Assembly: GCA_947478865.1 (NCBI GenBank)
Contig: CANJXF010000009.1
Coordinates: 33,463 to 97,462, forward strand
DNA: 64,000 nt
DNA from: Verrucomicrobiales bacterium
Lineage (GTDB): Bacteria > Verrucomicrobiota > Verrucomicrobiia > Limisphaerales > CANJXF01
Direction of reading: 5' to 3'
Under the pieces are notes generated by a model, which saw only the letters and a program-made list of their open reading frames with translations, did not search any database and was not told where the DNA came from. Shown here piece by piece: positions 54,653-63,279 of the stretch (positions within the stretch are counted from its first letter, which is position 1; every line of letters starts with the position of its first letter). Made by a program: the position numbers and the translations under genes.

Positions 54653-55126
54653 TCAGTAGAGAACTTTGTCCACTTTGTTCTGCCATTCGCGGAACGCGAG
54701 GAGTGCCTCTTTGCGCATCAACTGCTTCATCGCAATTTTTCGTTGCTTCAAGGGGAGCGGGATTTCTTCGTAGATGAAATTGTCGTCAAACCCGATTTTG
54801 GCTGCATCCCGGCGCGTATTGGCGAAGTAGATTTTTTTGATGTGCGCCCAGTAGATTGCGGAAAGGCACATCGGGCACGGCTCGCAGTTCGTGTATAATT
54901 CGCAGCCTTCCAATTCGAACGTTTTGAGGCGCTTGCAGGCTTCGCGGATTGCCACAATCTCCGCGTGAGCTGTCGGATCGTTGGTTGAAGTTACTTGATT
55001 GTATCCAGTCGCGATTACCTTTCCACGGCGCACAACCACCGCGCCGAACGGGCCGCCTTTTCCAGCGCGCATCGTCCGTTGCGAGATGCGAATCGCCTTC
55101 TGCATGAATTTTGAATCCATTGTCAA
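54653..55126 (-). CDS. Zinc-dependent nucleoside/nucleobase deaminase (CDA fold; guanine-deaminase-like)
   Basis: GGPFGAVVVRRGKVIATGYN, HAEIVAIREA and PCPMCLSAIYWA zinc motifs. The C-terminal tail resembles Bacillus-type GuaD. Confidence 0.82.
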   Translation of the reverse strand: MTMDSKFMQKAIRISQRTMRAGKGGPFGAVVVRRGKVIATGYNQVTSTNDPTAHAEIVAIREACKRLKTFELEGCELYTNCEPCPMCLSAIYWAHIKKIYFANTRRDAAKIGFDDNFIYEEIPLPLKQRKIAMKQLMRKEALLAFREWQNKVDKVLY

Positions 55127-55168
55127 TATTCGGGGAGAGGGCAGGGGATTTGGCCTCCTCGGGGAAGA

Positions 55169-56320
55169 TCAGATTTTTAAACCAAAAAGGCGATGGTGTT
55201 CTTGAATCGTGTAGCGATCCGTCATGCCGGACAAATAATCGCAAATGGCGCGGTTCCAGCCTTCTTTGCGCGCACGCTGCCGAACCCGTTCACCCATCGC
55301 TTCCGGGTGCTTCAAAAAATAGCGGAACAATTCTTCAAGCATTCGCACGGCGCGCAAGTTTGGTTCATGCACGACCGGGTTGTAATAAAGGTTTTTGTAA
55401 AGGTAGTTGCGTAATTCCAGATTCAACTCGCGACGTTTGGTGCTGTAGCGGACGAGTGGCTGCGATTGCAGGCGCACGTCATCGGCTGATTTTACGCCGG
55501 CATCGAGGATTCTTTTTTCCGTCGTTTCCACGACGTCTTTCACGTGGCCGTCGATCAAGCAGCGAATGATGAAATAGCGGCGACTCTCGTCGGCCATATC
55601 GCCGTATTGCTTTGTCACCAGCCGGTTGGCCTGTTTCCAGAGACGAACGTCTTTGCACAATTTTTTTTCTGATAACAATCCGGCATCGAGGCCATCGTCG
55701 AGATCGTGGCTGTAGTACGTAATTTCATCCGCGAGATTGGCAACCTGGGCTTCCAGGGCAGAGGACTTCGCGTCAAAGCCATCTCGTTTGCTGGGGTGAT
55801 CGTAGCTGGTGTAATGCTTGACCAAACCTTCGCGAACTTCCCAGGAAAGGTTTAAACCTTTGAAAAGTGGATATTTTTGTTCGAGTTCTTCGACGATGCG
55901 CAAGCTCTGGCGATTGTGTTCGAAGCCGCCGTGGCCCTTCATCAGCTTGTTCAACACCACTTCGCCTTTATGGCCGAATGGGGAATGGCCGAGGTCGTGC
56001 GCCAGAGCGATGGTTTCGGCGAGATCTTCGTTTAATTGCAGAGCGCGGGCGATGTTCCGGGAAATCGCGGCGACTTCCATCGTGTGCGTCAGGCGGGTGC
56101 GAAGGTGGTCGCCACTTCCGTTGAGAAAAACCTGTGTTTTATATTCGAGCCGACGAAAGGCGCGCGAATGTATCACGCGATCGCGATCGCGCTGATATTG
56201 GGTGCGCCACTCTGGCGGTTCTTCGGGATATAATCGACCGCGGGTGTCGGCGCTGAATTGGGCATACGGCGCGAGGGTTTGGCGCTCGCGCGCTTCGAGT
56301 TGGACGCGTGTGAAAGGCAT
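55169..56320 (-). CDS. dGTP triphosphohydrolase-like HD-domain protein
   Basis: YQRDRDRVIHSRAFRRLEYKTQVF, LTHTMEVAAISR, ALAHDLGHSPFGH. Start moved to the Met at 56320 (MPFTRVQ); the ORF-track N-terminal 122 aa overlap ispH and look non-coding. Confidence 0.85.
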   Translation of the reverse strand: MPFTRVQLEARERQTLAPYAQFSADTRGRLYPEEPPEWRTQYQRDRDRVIHSRAFRRLEYKTQVFLNGSGDHLRTRLTHTMEVAAISRNIARALQLNEDLAETIALAHDLGHSPFGHKGEVVLNKLMKGHGGFEHNRQSLRIVEELEQKYPLFKGLNLSWEVREGLVKHYTSYDHPSKRDGFDAKSSALEAQVANLADEITYYSHDLDDGLDAGLLSEKKLCKDVRLWKQANRLVTKQYGDMADESRRYFIIRCLIDGHVKDVVETTEKRILDAGVKSADDVRLQSQPLVRYSTKRRELNLELRNYLYKNLYYNPVVHEPNLRAVRMLEELFRYFLKHPEAMGERVRQRARKEGWNRAICDYLSGMTDRYTIQEHHRLFGLKI

Positions 56321-56325
56321 GGGAA

Positions 56326-57573
56326 TTAAGTCGCTAACAATTCCTGAACGGAGACGCCGCGCAATTGAAACAAGCGCCGAATCGCGTCCTCGATCAAATT
56401 GTTGGGACAGGAAGCGCCGGCGGTGATGCCGACCGTTATCTTTCCTGGCGGCAGCCAATTTTCTGTTTCGACTTCCGTATGGTTGTGCTGGTCCCAATGG
56501 CGAATCATTTTCTCGGAAGCCATCATCGCGGCGTTCTTGATGAAGAAAGTTGGCAATTTCGCCTCGCCCATTTCGGCCAGATGCGAGGTGTTGGACGAAT
56601 TGTAGCCACCGATGACCAACAACAAATCCATTGGTTCGCGCAGCAGCTTTTCGAGGGCATCCTGGCGATCCTGCGTTGCGCCGCAAATCGTGTCGAAGAA
56701 CCGAAAGTGTTTGTCGACCTCGTCGTCGCCGTATTTTTTCATCATCGCTGTTTTCAAACGCCGCTGCACTTCTTCGGTTTCGCCGCGAAGCATGGTCGTT
56801 TGATTCGCCACCCCAACGGCCGAGAGATGGACATCTGGATCGAAACCTTCCGAGTATGCGCCTTTGAATTTCTCCAGAAATTCCTGTTTGTTGCCGCCGT
56901 TGAGAATGAAATTACAAACGTAATCGGTCTCAGCTAGAGTGAAAACGACAAGATAATGGCCGTTTGTAGCGGTGGCTTGGGAACTGGTTGCCTTGGTTTC
57001 TTCATGCCACGCTTTCCCGTGGATAATGCTGGTAACCGCTTCGCGCGAATACTGTTTGACTCGTTTCCAAACGCTCATGACGTCTCCGCAGGTTGTGTCC
57101 ACCAGTTGGCAGCCTTTGGCCTCGAGCTTGGCTCGCGTCTCTACCTGCGTGCCGAATGCCGGGATAATGACAACATCCCTTTTTTGCAAACGTTCAATTT
57201 CTTCGTCAGTCGGCTTGGCAGAAATGGTCTGAATACCGAGATTGCGAATTTGGTCGTTCACTTCCGGATTGTGAATGATTTCGCCGAGAATATAAATCGG
57301 CTGGTCCGGGAAAACTTTTCGAGCCGCATAGGCCAAATCGATCGCGCGTTCCACTCCGTAACAAAAACCAAATTCCTTCGCCAACTTGACCGTGAGCAGG
57401 CCGTCCGCCGACAAGACGTGGCCTTTGGCACGAATGCGATCCACGAGTTCGCTGCGATAATGTGAGAGGACCTGCGCCTGCACCGCTTCCATGATGTCCG
57501 GGCGGCGAAGGTTGATTTTTTGTGGTGCGGCAGGCGCGTGCGTTGACATACGCGGATAGATTAGCACCGTCAC
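56326..57573 (-). CDS. ispH: 4-hydroxy-3-methylbut-2-enyl diphosphate reductase, long (cyanobacterial/plant-like) form
   Basis: LAKEFGFCYGVERAIDLAY...YILGEIIHNP...TTCGDV...GGYNSSNTSHL. The N-terminal extension is of the type seen in long IspH forms. An alternative start is the Met at 57549. Confidence 0.9.
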   Translation of the reverse strand: MTVLIYPRMSTHAPAAPQKINLRRPDIMEAVQAQVLSHYRSELVDRIRAKGHVLSADGLLTVKLAKEFGFCYGVERAIDLAYAARKVFPDQPIYILGEIIHNPEVNDQIRNLGIQTISAKPTDEEIERLQKRDVVIIPAFGTQVETRAKLEAKGCQLVDTTCGDVMSVWKRVKQYSREAVTSIIHGKAWHEETKATSSQATATNGHYLVVFTLAETDYVCNFILNGGNKQEFLEKFKGAYSEGFDPDVHLSAVGVANQTTMLRGETEEVQRRLKTAMMKKYGDDEVDKHFRFFDTICGATQDRQDALEKLLREPMDLLLVIGGYNSSNTSHLAEMGEAKLPTFFIKNAAMMASEKMIRHWDQHNHTEVETENWLPPGKITVGITAGASCPNNLIEDAIRRLFQLRGVSVQELLAT

Positions 57574-57728
57574 CGAACTCGTCTAGGTGGAAATGAGAAA
57601 CGGAATCGTTCAATCAGCGATTCGCTGCAAGATTAAAGCTCACGGCCGGAAATCCTGGTTTGGCCCTGCTTTTTCAAAATAGTCATTGCGCTGGGGAAAA
57701 CTTGTGTAATGATTCCCCTCCTTCGTGA

Positions 57729-57805
57729 CGGAGCGTAGCTCAGCCTGGTAGAGCACTTGCTTTGGGAGCAAGACGTCGCAGGTTCGAATCCTGTCGCTCC
57801 GACCA
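57729..57805 (+). tRNA. tRNA-Pro (anticodon TGG), CCA encoded
   Basis: CGGAGCG TA GCTC AGCCTGGTA GAGC A CTTGC TTTGGGA GCAAG ACGTC GCAGG TTCGAAT CCTGT CGCTCCG A CCA. Full cloverleaf with anticodon loop TTTGGGA. Confidence 0.9.
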
Positions 57806-57871
57806 TTTTTCCCGAACCCCTTTTAGTATCTTCTGATCCCGTTCCGTTTTTCGCGAATAATCGGTTTGGGA

Positions 57872-59446
57872 TTATTCCTTTGGCTTTGGCTGCAGCGGGT
57901 CATTCAGGCACCACAAGATTCCATTGAGCAGCAATCGTCGAAAAGCGGGTAACGCGAAATCATCCCGGCTGCCCAGGGAGGTGTAGAAAACACGACGACC
58001 TTGCGCTGTGTTGACCCAGGCCACTGGCTCGAACGTGTTTTTTCCTTCCACATGTCCACGCAGCAGCGGAACGCAGGCTTCGGTAAGATTGGTGATGATA
58101 TAGAGATGAGAGGTTACCTGAAATTCATCCGGAATTATTCCGGTAAGGACCGTGTGCGACGCATTGGATTTCACCATTTCGATCAGGGTGGGGGAGCGTG
58201 ACGAGGGATTGTTGTTGTAATGGCCACCGTAGTGTCCGCCAAAAACATCCGAATCAAAGCCGGGCCAGGATGTGAAGGCTGCATTTATTGGCTCTGCATC
58301 AAATGCGTGGCTCGCCGTCCGGATTCCAACGACGGGTTTGCCTGCGGCGATGTGAGCCTGAAGTAGGGTCATCATTGCCTTGGGCGGCGTGCGACGGCGT
58401 GCGCTCACCAGAACCAAATCGGCCCCGCTTATTGCCGTATAGTTGGTAAAGTTCGGATCACCTTCCTCCGGAGAGGCGGAGACGTAGGAGATCCGGTAAC
58501 CGCGATATTCCAATTCCTTCTCCGCGAATTCCGGCAAGGTCTCGCAAGTATGGTATTCGTTCTCGCCAATGATCATGGCGATCCGCTTCTTGGTGTCGGC
58601 CTGGAAGCGGAACGGTTCGCCTCCCACGAAATCCGCGCTGGTGATGCTTGGGCACCAATACTGTTCGATGTGTTCCACCACCAATTCTGTGCCGCGGAAA
58701 TGAGAAACGTAGGGCCGCTTGAGATGGTTGTACATCGAGTCGGTCAGGTCTCGCATGAGCAGGATATTCTGGCCTTGAGCCACCATCTGCCGGATGGCGA
58801 ATGGCCGACCGAGAACGCAGCGGTTAATGTGAACGCCCATCACGATGACGTTGGTGATTCCACGCTGGCGCATGAGATAAAAGGCTTCAGCAGAATCAGT
58901 AATCGCGTCTCCCTCGACAATTTCCAGCGTGGGATGCTGTCGCGTCCACGCTTTGAACTCCGGGCAGTTCGGACAGCTGTCGCATCCGCTATCCGAATCA
59001 TCAATGGGCAGTGCCGGTTCCTTGATTCCGCTAAGGGAACACCAGCCCTGGAGCGGGATCTTCGTTTCGATCTTGGGCGCCGACTGGGCAAGCTTTCGCC
59101 CAGGATGATCTTTGTAGAATGTCATGGTATCGCTTGGGCAATGGATGATCAACATGCCGCGCTGACGAGCGACCTTGAGCACCTCATTCATGCGCGGCGC
59201 CATTTCGCCGACGCGCGCGGTGGCATCCGGGCAATGATGTTTGTCCCACATGTCGCAAACCACGACCGCCGTGCGCGATGGGTCCCACGCCACCTGCCTT
59301 TCGAGGACCTGCAACGTTCCTGAGCCTGGAGCGACCTTCGCCCGAGACCGGGTGTTAAACGTGATGGAATCGGCTGCGTGCGCCGGAAAAGAGCCGATAA
59401 CGGTCAATAGCAGAAGGGCGAGAACCGTGTAGAGCTTTCGTGTCAT
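57872..59446 (-). CDS. Secreted fusion of an isochorismatase-like cysteine hydrolase domain and a ThuA-like domain
   Basis: Signal peptide. The N-terminal half has TAVVVCDMWDKHHC...MLIIHCP...ITNVIVMGVHINRCVLGRPFAIRQMVAQGQNILLMRDLTDS (isochorismatase-family layout). The C-terminal half has KKRIAMIIGENEYHT...ADLVLVSARRR...GKPVVGIRTASHAF...VFYTSLG...LLLNGILWCL (ThuA-like). Confidence 0.75.
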   Translation of the reverse strand: MTRKLYTVLALLLLTVIGSFPAHAADSITFNTRSRAKVAPGSGTLQVLERQVAWDPSRTAVVVCDMWDKHHCPDATARVGEMAPRMNEVLKVARQRGMLIIHCPSDTMTFYKDHPGRKLAQSAPKIETKIPLQGWCSLSGIKEPALPIDDSDSGCDSCPNCPEFKAWTRQHPTLEIVEGDAITDSAEAFYLMRQRGITNVIVMGVHINRCVLGRPFAIRQMVAQGQNILLMRDLTDSMYNHLKRPYVSHFRGTELVVEHIEQYWCPSITSADFVGGEPFRFQADTKKRIAMIIGENEYHTCETLPEFAEKELEYRGYRISYVSASPEEGDPNFTNYTAISGADLVLVSARRRTPPKAMMTLLQAHIAAGKPVVGIRTASHAFDAEPINAAFTSWPGFDSDVFGGHYGGHYNNNPSSRSPTLIEMVKSNASHTVLTGIIPDEFQVTSHLYIITNLTEACVPLLRGHVEGKNTFEPVAWVNTAQGRRVFYTSLGSRDDFALPAFRRLLLNGILWCLNDPLQPKPKE

Positions 59447-59660
59447 GGTGCAAAAATAAAATCTTCTTTTCTGCCCGGCATGACAAGGGATAAATCACCT
59501 CTGAATTCCGAGTTTGCATGAAGGGCTTCTTGAAGCGATGGCGCCACCGATTTCCTGCCAACGAAGTGACAAGTGTGGTCGATCGAGAATTGTCGGGTAA
59601 AAATTAGCAATGAGTTTATCGACAATTTTAATGGCGCTTAATAATAATGACGGGTTGCTT

Positions 59661-62285
59661 ATGAAACATTTATCAGTCGAACGTCTTTTGCTGACCTTTA
59701 TGGTGGCTTGCAGCGCGCAGGCCGCCTTTGCCGAAACAAAAACCCCGGTGACTCCCGTTCCGTATCTCACTCCGGAAGAGGAGGCGAAAACGTTCGTGCT
59801 TCAGGATGGGTATCGGCTGGAACTGGTTGTGAGCGATCCGATCATCAAGGAGCCGGTGGCGGCGGCGTTCGATGGGAATGGCCGGATGTTCGTGGCGGAG
59901 ATGCGCACTTACATGCAGGACATCAATGGTAATAACGAGCATGTGGCCAACGGGCGTGTGTCCCTGCATTGGTCGAGCAAAGGCGACGGGGTATTCGATC
60001 AGCACACGACATTTATCGATCATTTGCTTTTGCCCCGGATGATCCTGAGCGTGGGCGACGGATTGTTGGTCAATGAAACGGACAGCAATGATCTTTGGCT
60101 TTATCGCGACACAAACGGTGACGGCGTGGCGGACAAAAAGGAATTGCTCTACGCCGAAGGCAAGCGCGGTGGAAATCTCGAGCATCAACAGAGCGGTTTG
60201 ATTTGGGATTTGGACAACTGGCTTTACATGACGGTCAATCCGTATCGGCTTCGCATCAAAGGGACGAACGTATTGAAGGAACCGATTCCACCGGCGGGCG
60301 GCCAATGGGGTCTTTGCCAGGACAACTACGGCAAGCCATGGTTCGTGAACGCGGGCGGCGAGCAAGGGCCGTTGCATTTCCAGCAGCCGATTGTCTATGG
60401 AGATTTTACTTCGAAGCAACAGTTCGCGCCCGGCTTCGCCGAAGTGTGGCCGCGAGTGGGACTGGCGGATGTGCAGGGCGGCCCGGGCCGCTTTCGTCCC
60501 GAGGACAAGACGCTCAATCATTTCACGGCCACGTGCGGCGGGGAGATTTATCGCGGAGACCGGTTGCCGGAGGATTTGCGTGGCGATTTGCTCTTTGCGG
60601 AACCCGTGGGCCGCCTGATCCGTCGCGCCAAAGTGGACGAACAAGATGGCGTGACGCAGTTGCGCAATGCCTACGAGAAGACGGAGTTTATTCTTTCAAC
60701 CGACCCAAACTTTCGTCCGGTGAATATTTTCAATGCGCCCGATGGTTCGCTTTACATCGTCGATATGTATCGCGGAATTATCCAGGAAGGGAATTGGGTG
60801 AAAGAAGGTTCCTATTTGCGCACGGTCGTTCAGCAACATGACATGGACAAGAATTTCGGGCGCGGTCGCATCTGGCGTTTGGTGCATGACGATTTCAAAG
60901 CCAACCCGCAACCGCGGATGCAGGATGAAAGCCCGAAACAACTCGTCAATCATCTCGCTCATCCAAGCGGTTGGTGGCGTGAAACTGCCCAAAAACTTCT
61001 CGTGGTTCGAGGCGACAAATCTGTGGTGCCCGCGCTCTCAAAAATGGCGCGCACGCATCCGAATCATCTCGCTCGCATTCATGCGCTTTGGACCTTGGAA
61101 GGCCTGGATGCGGTCGACGCCGCATTATGGAAAAGCGCGCTGATGGATCAGCATCCGCAGGTGCGCATCGCGGCCATTCGAGTCAGCGAAACGTTTTACA
61201 AACAAGGTCTGGAATCCGTCGTGGAAAATGTCATGGCGCTGGCGAACGATTCCGACCCGAACGTGGTGATCCAGGTGATGATGACGGCCAACCTGATGAA
61301 ATGGCCAAACACCATCGGTTTGCTCATGGAAACCATGGCCAATAATCCGAGTGTCGGGGTGAAAGAGATTGGCGCGCATCTGCTCCAGCCGAAAATGTCT
61401 TTTAGCTCCAAGGATTTTAACCCAGCGGAGAAAAAGTTGCTCAAACAAGGCGAGGGCATTTACAAAGATCTTTGTTTCGCCTGCCACGGAGCGGACGCCA
61501 AAGGCATGCCGTTGCAAGGAGCCAAACCGGGAATCACCATGGCGCCGCCGCTGGCGGGATCCAAGACGGTGACGGGTTCGCGCGAAGGAATGCTCTATGT
61601 GGTGCTCAAGGGTTTGACCGGACCGGTGAACGGTAAAACTTATGGCTCTTTAATGGTCCCGATGGAAAGTAACGATGACCAATGGATCGCCGCCGTCACT
61701 TCCTACATTCGCAACGGGTTCGGCAACAACGCCTCCCTGATCGATCCAAAACAGGTGGCGGAAGTCCGGAGCGCGATCAAAAACCGCACTGAGCCGTGGA
61801 GCAGCGCCGAGCTGGAAGGATTCGTTCCGCAGGCGTTGGATTCGGCACAATGGAAAGTTTCGGCCAGCCACAATTCGGCCGAAGCGCGCTTGGCCATCGA
61901 CGGCGACCGCAAGACGAGATTCACGACGGGTGCGATGCAGACCCCGGGAATGTGGTTCCAGATTGAACTCCCGGCTGAAACAACGATTTCCGGCATGCAG
62001 TTGAATAACGGCGAATCGGCCTTCGATTATCCGCGCGGCTACAAAATCGAGGTTTCGGGCGACGGACAAAACTGGGGCACGCCGGTCAGCGCCGGGAAAG
62101 GGAGCAGTGCGCAAACCGAAATTACGTTCAGTCCCGTGAAGGCGAAGTTCATGCGCATTACTCAAACCGATTCAGCAAAGGACTACTTCTGGTCCGTTCA
62201 TGAACTACGCCTCTTCGCCAAGCCGGTGATCGACGTGGCCAAAGTGAAATTTACGACCAAAGCGGCCGGAACGAACTTCGAGTAA
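59661..62285 (+). CDS. PVC-type membrane-bound-dehydrogenase domain + HEAT repeats + cytochrome c (CxxCH) + C-terminal F5/8 type C (discoidin) domain protein
   Basis: FVLQDGYRLELVVSDPIIKEPVAAAFDGNGRMFVAEMRTYMQD...YRDTNGDGVADK (dehydrogenase domain), HEAT-like repeats (HLARIHALWTLEG, HPQVRIAAIRV), heme site LCFACHGADAKG, and discoidin-like WKVSASHNSAEARLAIDGDRKTRFTTG...WFQIEL...YKIEVSGDGQNW...MRITQT. Start at the Met at 59661 (MKHLSVERLL..., signal peptide). Confidence 0.85.
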   Translation: MKHLSVERLLLTFMVACSAQAAFAETKTPVTPVPYLTPEEEAKTFVLQDGYRLELVVSDPIIKEPVAAAFDGNGRMFVAEMRTYMQDINGNNEHVANGRVSLHWSSKGDGVFDQHTTFIDHLLLPRMILSVGDGLLVNETDSNDLWLYRDTNGDGVADKKELLYAEGKRGGNLEHQQSGLIWDLDNWLYMTVNPYRLRIKGTNVLKEPIPPAGGQWGLCQDNYGKPWFVNAGGEQGPLHFQQPIVYGDFTSKQQFAPGFAEVWPRVGLADVQGGPGRFRPEDKTLNHFTATCGGEIYRGDRLPEDLRGDLLFAEPVGRLIRRAKVDEQDGVTQLRNAYEKTEFILSTDPNFRPVNIFNAPDGSLYIVDMYRGIIQEGNWVKEGSYLRTVVQQHDMDKNFGRGRIWRLVHDDFKANPQPRMQDESPKQLVNHLAHPSGWWRETAQKLLVVRGDKSVVPALSKMARTHPNHLARIHALWTLEGLDAVDAALWKSALMDQHPQVRIAAIRVSETFYKQGLESVVENVMALANDSDPNVVIQVMMTANLMKWPNTIGLLMETMANNPSVGVKEIGAHLLQPKMSFSSKDFNPAEKKLLKQGEGIYKDLCFACHGADAKGMPLQGAKPGITMAPPLAGSKTVTGSREGMLYVVLKGLTGPVNGKTYGSLMVPMESNDDQWIAAVTSYIRNGFGNNASLIDPKQVAEVRSAIKNRTEPWSSAELEGFVPQALDSAQWKVSASHNSAEARLAIDGDRKTRFTTGAMQTPGMWFQIELPAETTISGMQLNNGESAFDYPRGYKIEVSGDGQNWGTPVSAGKGSSAQTEITFSPVKAKFMRITQTDSAKDYFWSVHELRLFAKPVIDVAKVKFTTKAAGTNFE

Positions 62286-62369
62286 GTTTTTAACGAGGAA
62301 TGAAACGTTGCAGTCAGCGGAGAAAATCACCCGCATTGACCGGCGGCGATTGGATGGTGAGAATGCGCT

Positions 62370-62702
62370 ATGGCAACAAACGAATTGCAGATCGAAAAAA
62401 TCACCATTGGAACCGGTGCCGCCCCTAAAAAAGGCGACCAGGTTTCCGTTCATTACACCGGCTGTTTCATGGACGGCAAAAAGTTCGACAGCTCCGTGGA
62501 TCGCGATGAGCCATTCGCCTTCACTTTAGGTGCTGGACAGGTCATCGCTGGATGGGATCAGGGTGTGGCTCTGATGCGGATTGGCGACAAAGTCAAAATG
62601 ACCATACCGCCCGAGCTGGCTTACGGCCGCGCGGGATACCCAGGAGCGATTCCGCCGAATTCCACGTTGGTCTTCGAAGTTGAATTGCTCGCCATCGGTT
62701 AA
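62370..62702 (+). CDS. FKBP-type peptidyl-prolyl cis-trans isomerase
   Basis: [58 protein letters not shown]...[14 protein letters not shown] is the canonical FKBP12-like domain. Confidence 0.9.
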   Translation: MATNELQIEKITIGTGAAPKKGDQVSVHYTGCFMDGKKFDSSVDRDEPFAFTLGAGQVIAGWDQGVALMRIGDKVKMTIPPELAYGRAGYPGAIPPNSTLVFEVELLAIG

Positions 62703-62793
62703 AAACTTCCGCAACCTGCTTACGCTGGCGCGGGATTTTGGCCCGCCGCGTTCCACCTCATTTTCAGCCGTTCAGGAACCGTTTCGCCAGGCC

Positions 62794-63003
62794 GGGCGTC
62801 GAGTTCCCCGCGTCGAGCAACGTCCGCGACATCTTGAGCGTCGATCTCGCGATTCCGAGACCGGAGTTCGCGACCCTGAGTAGCGTCCTCGTGACCCGGA
62901 GCATCGAGTTCTCGATCCTGAGCAACGTCCGCGCGATGCCGAGACTCGATCTCTCGACCCGGTGTGGTCAATTCCCGACACCGAGATGTAGTCTCGCCGG
63001 GCT
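62794..63003. repeat. Degenerate tandem array of about 10 units of exactly 21 bp (consensus about GAGnnnCGnnnTCnCGAnnCn)
   Basis: Units read off the sequence in register: gggcgtcgagttccccgcgtc / gagcaacgtccgcgacatctt / gagcgtcgatctcgcgattcc / gagaccggagttcgcgaccct / gagtagcgtcctcgtgacccg / gagcatcgagttctcgatcct / gagcaacgtccgcgcgatgcc / gagactcgatctctcgacccg / gtgtggtcaattcccgacacc / gagatgtagtctcgccgggct. Units 1 and 6 match at 16 of 21 positions, and units 2 and 7 at 15 of 21. Confidence 0.7.
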
Positions 63004-63279
63004 TAGGTTTAGGAGTTACAGCATTAGTCTCTGATTATTAGATGTTAACGTTGGTTTATGAGACGGAGCGCTAAAACAACGGAATAATTTCATAGTCTTC
63101 TTTGACGCAATGGTGAGTTGCGAAAAAACTATTTTAACTGGCAACACATCCAAATCATGCAAAATAATAAGATTGACTAATTGATAGCTATTTCAGTATT
63201 AGAAATGTAGTGGTTTAACTTTTCTGAGGGACGCGGGGAAAAATGCTTCGTTCCGATGGGGAATACTAAACAACAAGCT

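Noticed and set aside
54650-54655. nadA and the deaminase gene converge with zero intergenic nucleotides
   Set aside because: Noted as compact gene packing only. No additional signal or structure can be placed there.
59673-60644. 323-aa ORF on the minus strand
   Set aside because: Antisense to the PVC dehydrogenase-cytochrome c gene. Shadow ORF. The same reasoning applies to 27722-28447, 28639-29361, 29826-30698, 51289-52032, 53071-53616, 6425-7159 and 22090-22731.
62794-63003. The 21-bp repeats as a CRISPR array
   Set aside because: The units are contiguous with no spacers, are degenerate rather than near-identical, are too short, and no cas genes are nearby.
62720-63034. Three overlapping ORFs (98, 83 and 69 aa) across the repeat array as protein-coding genes
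   Set aside because: Every frame is open because the repeat lacks stop triplets. The 98- and 83-aa ORFs use TTG starts (the 69-aa start was not checked). The conserved positions in the repeat do not follow codon periodicity. Left uncalled, but a heptad-repeat peptide cannot be fully excluded.
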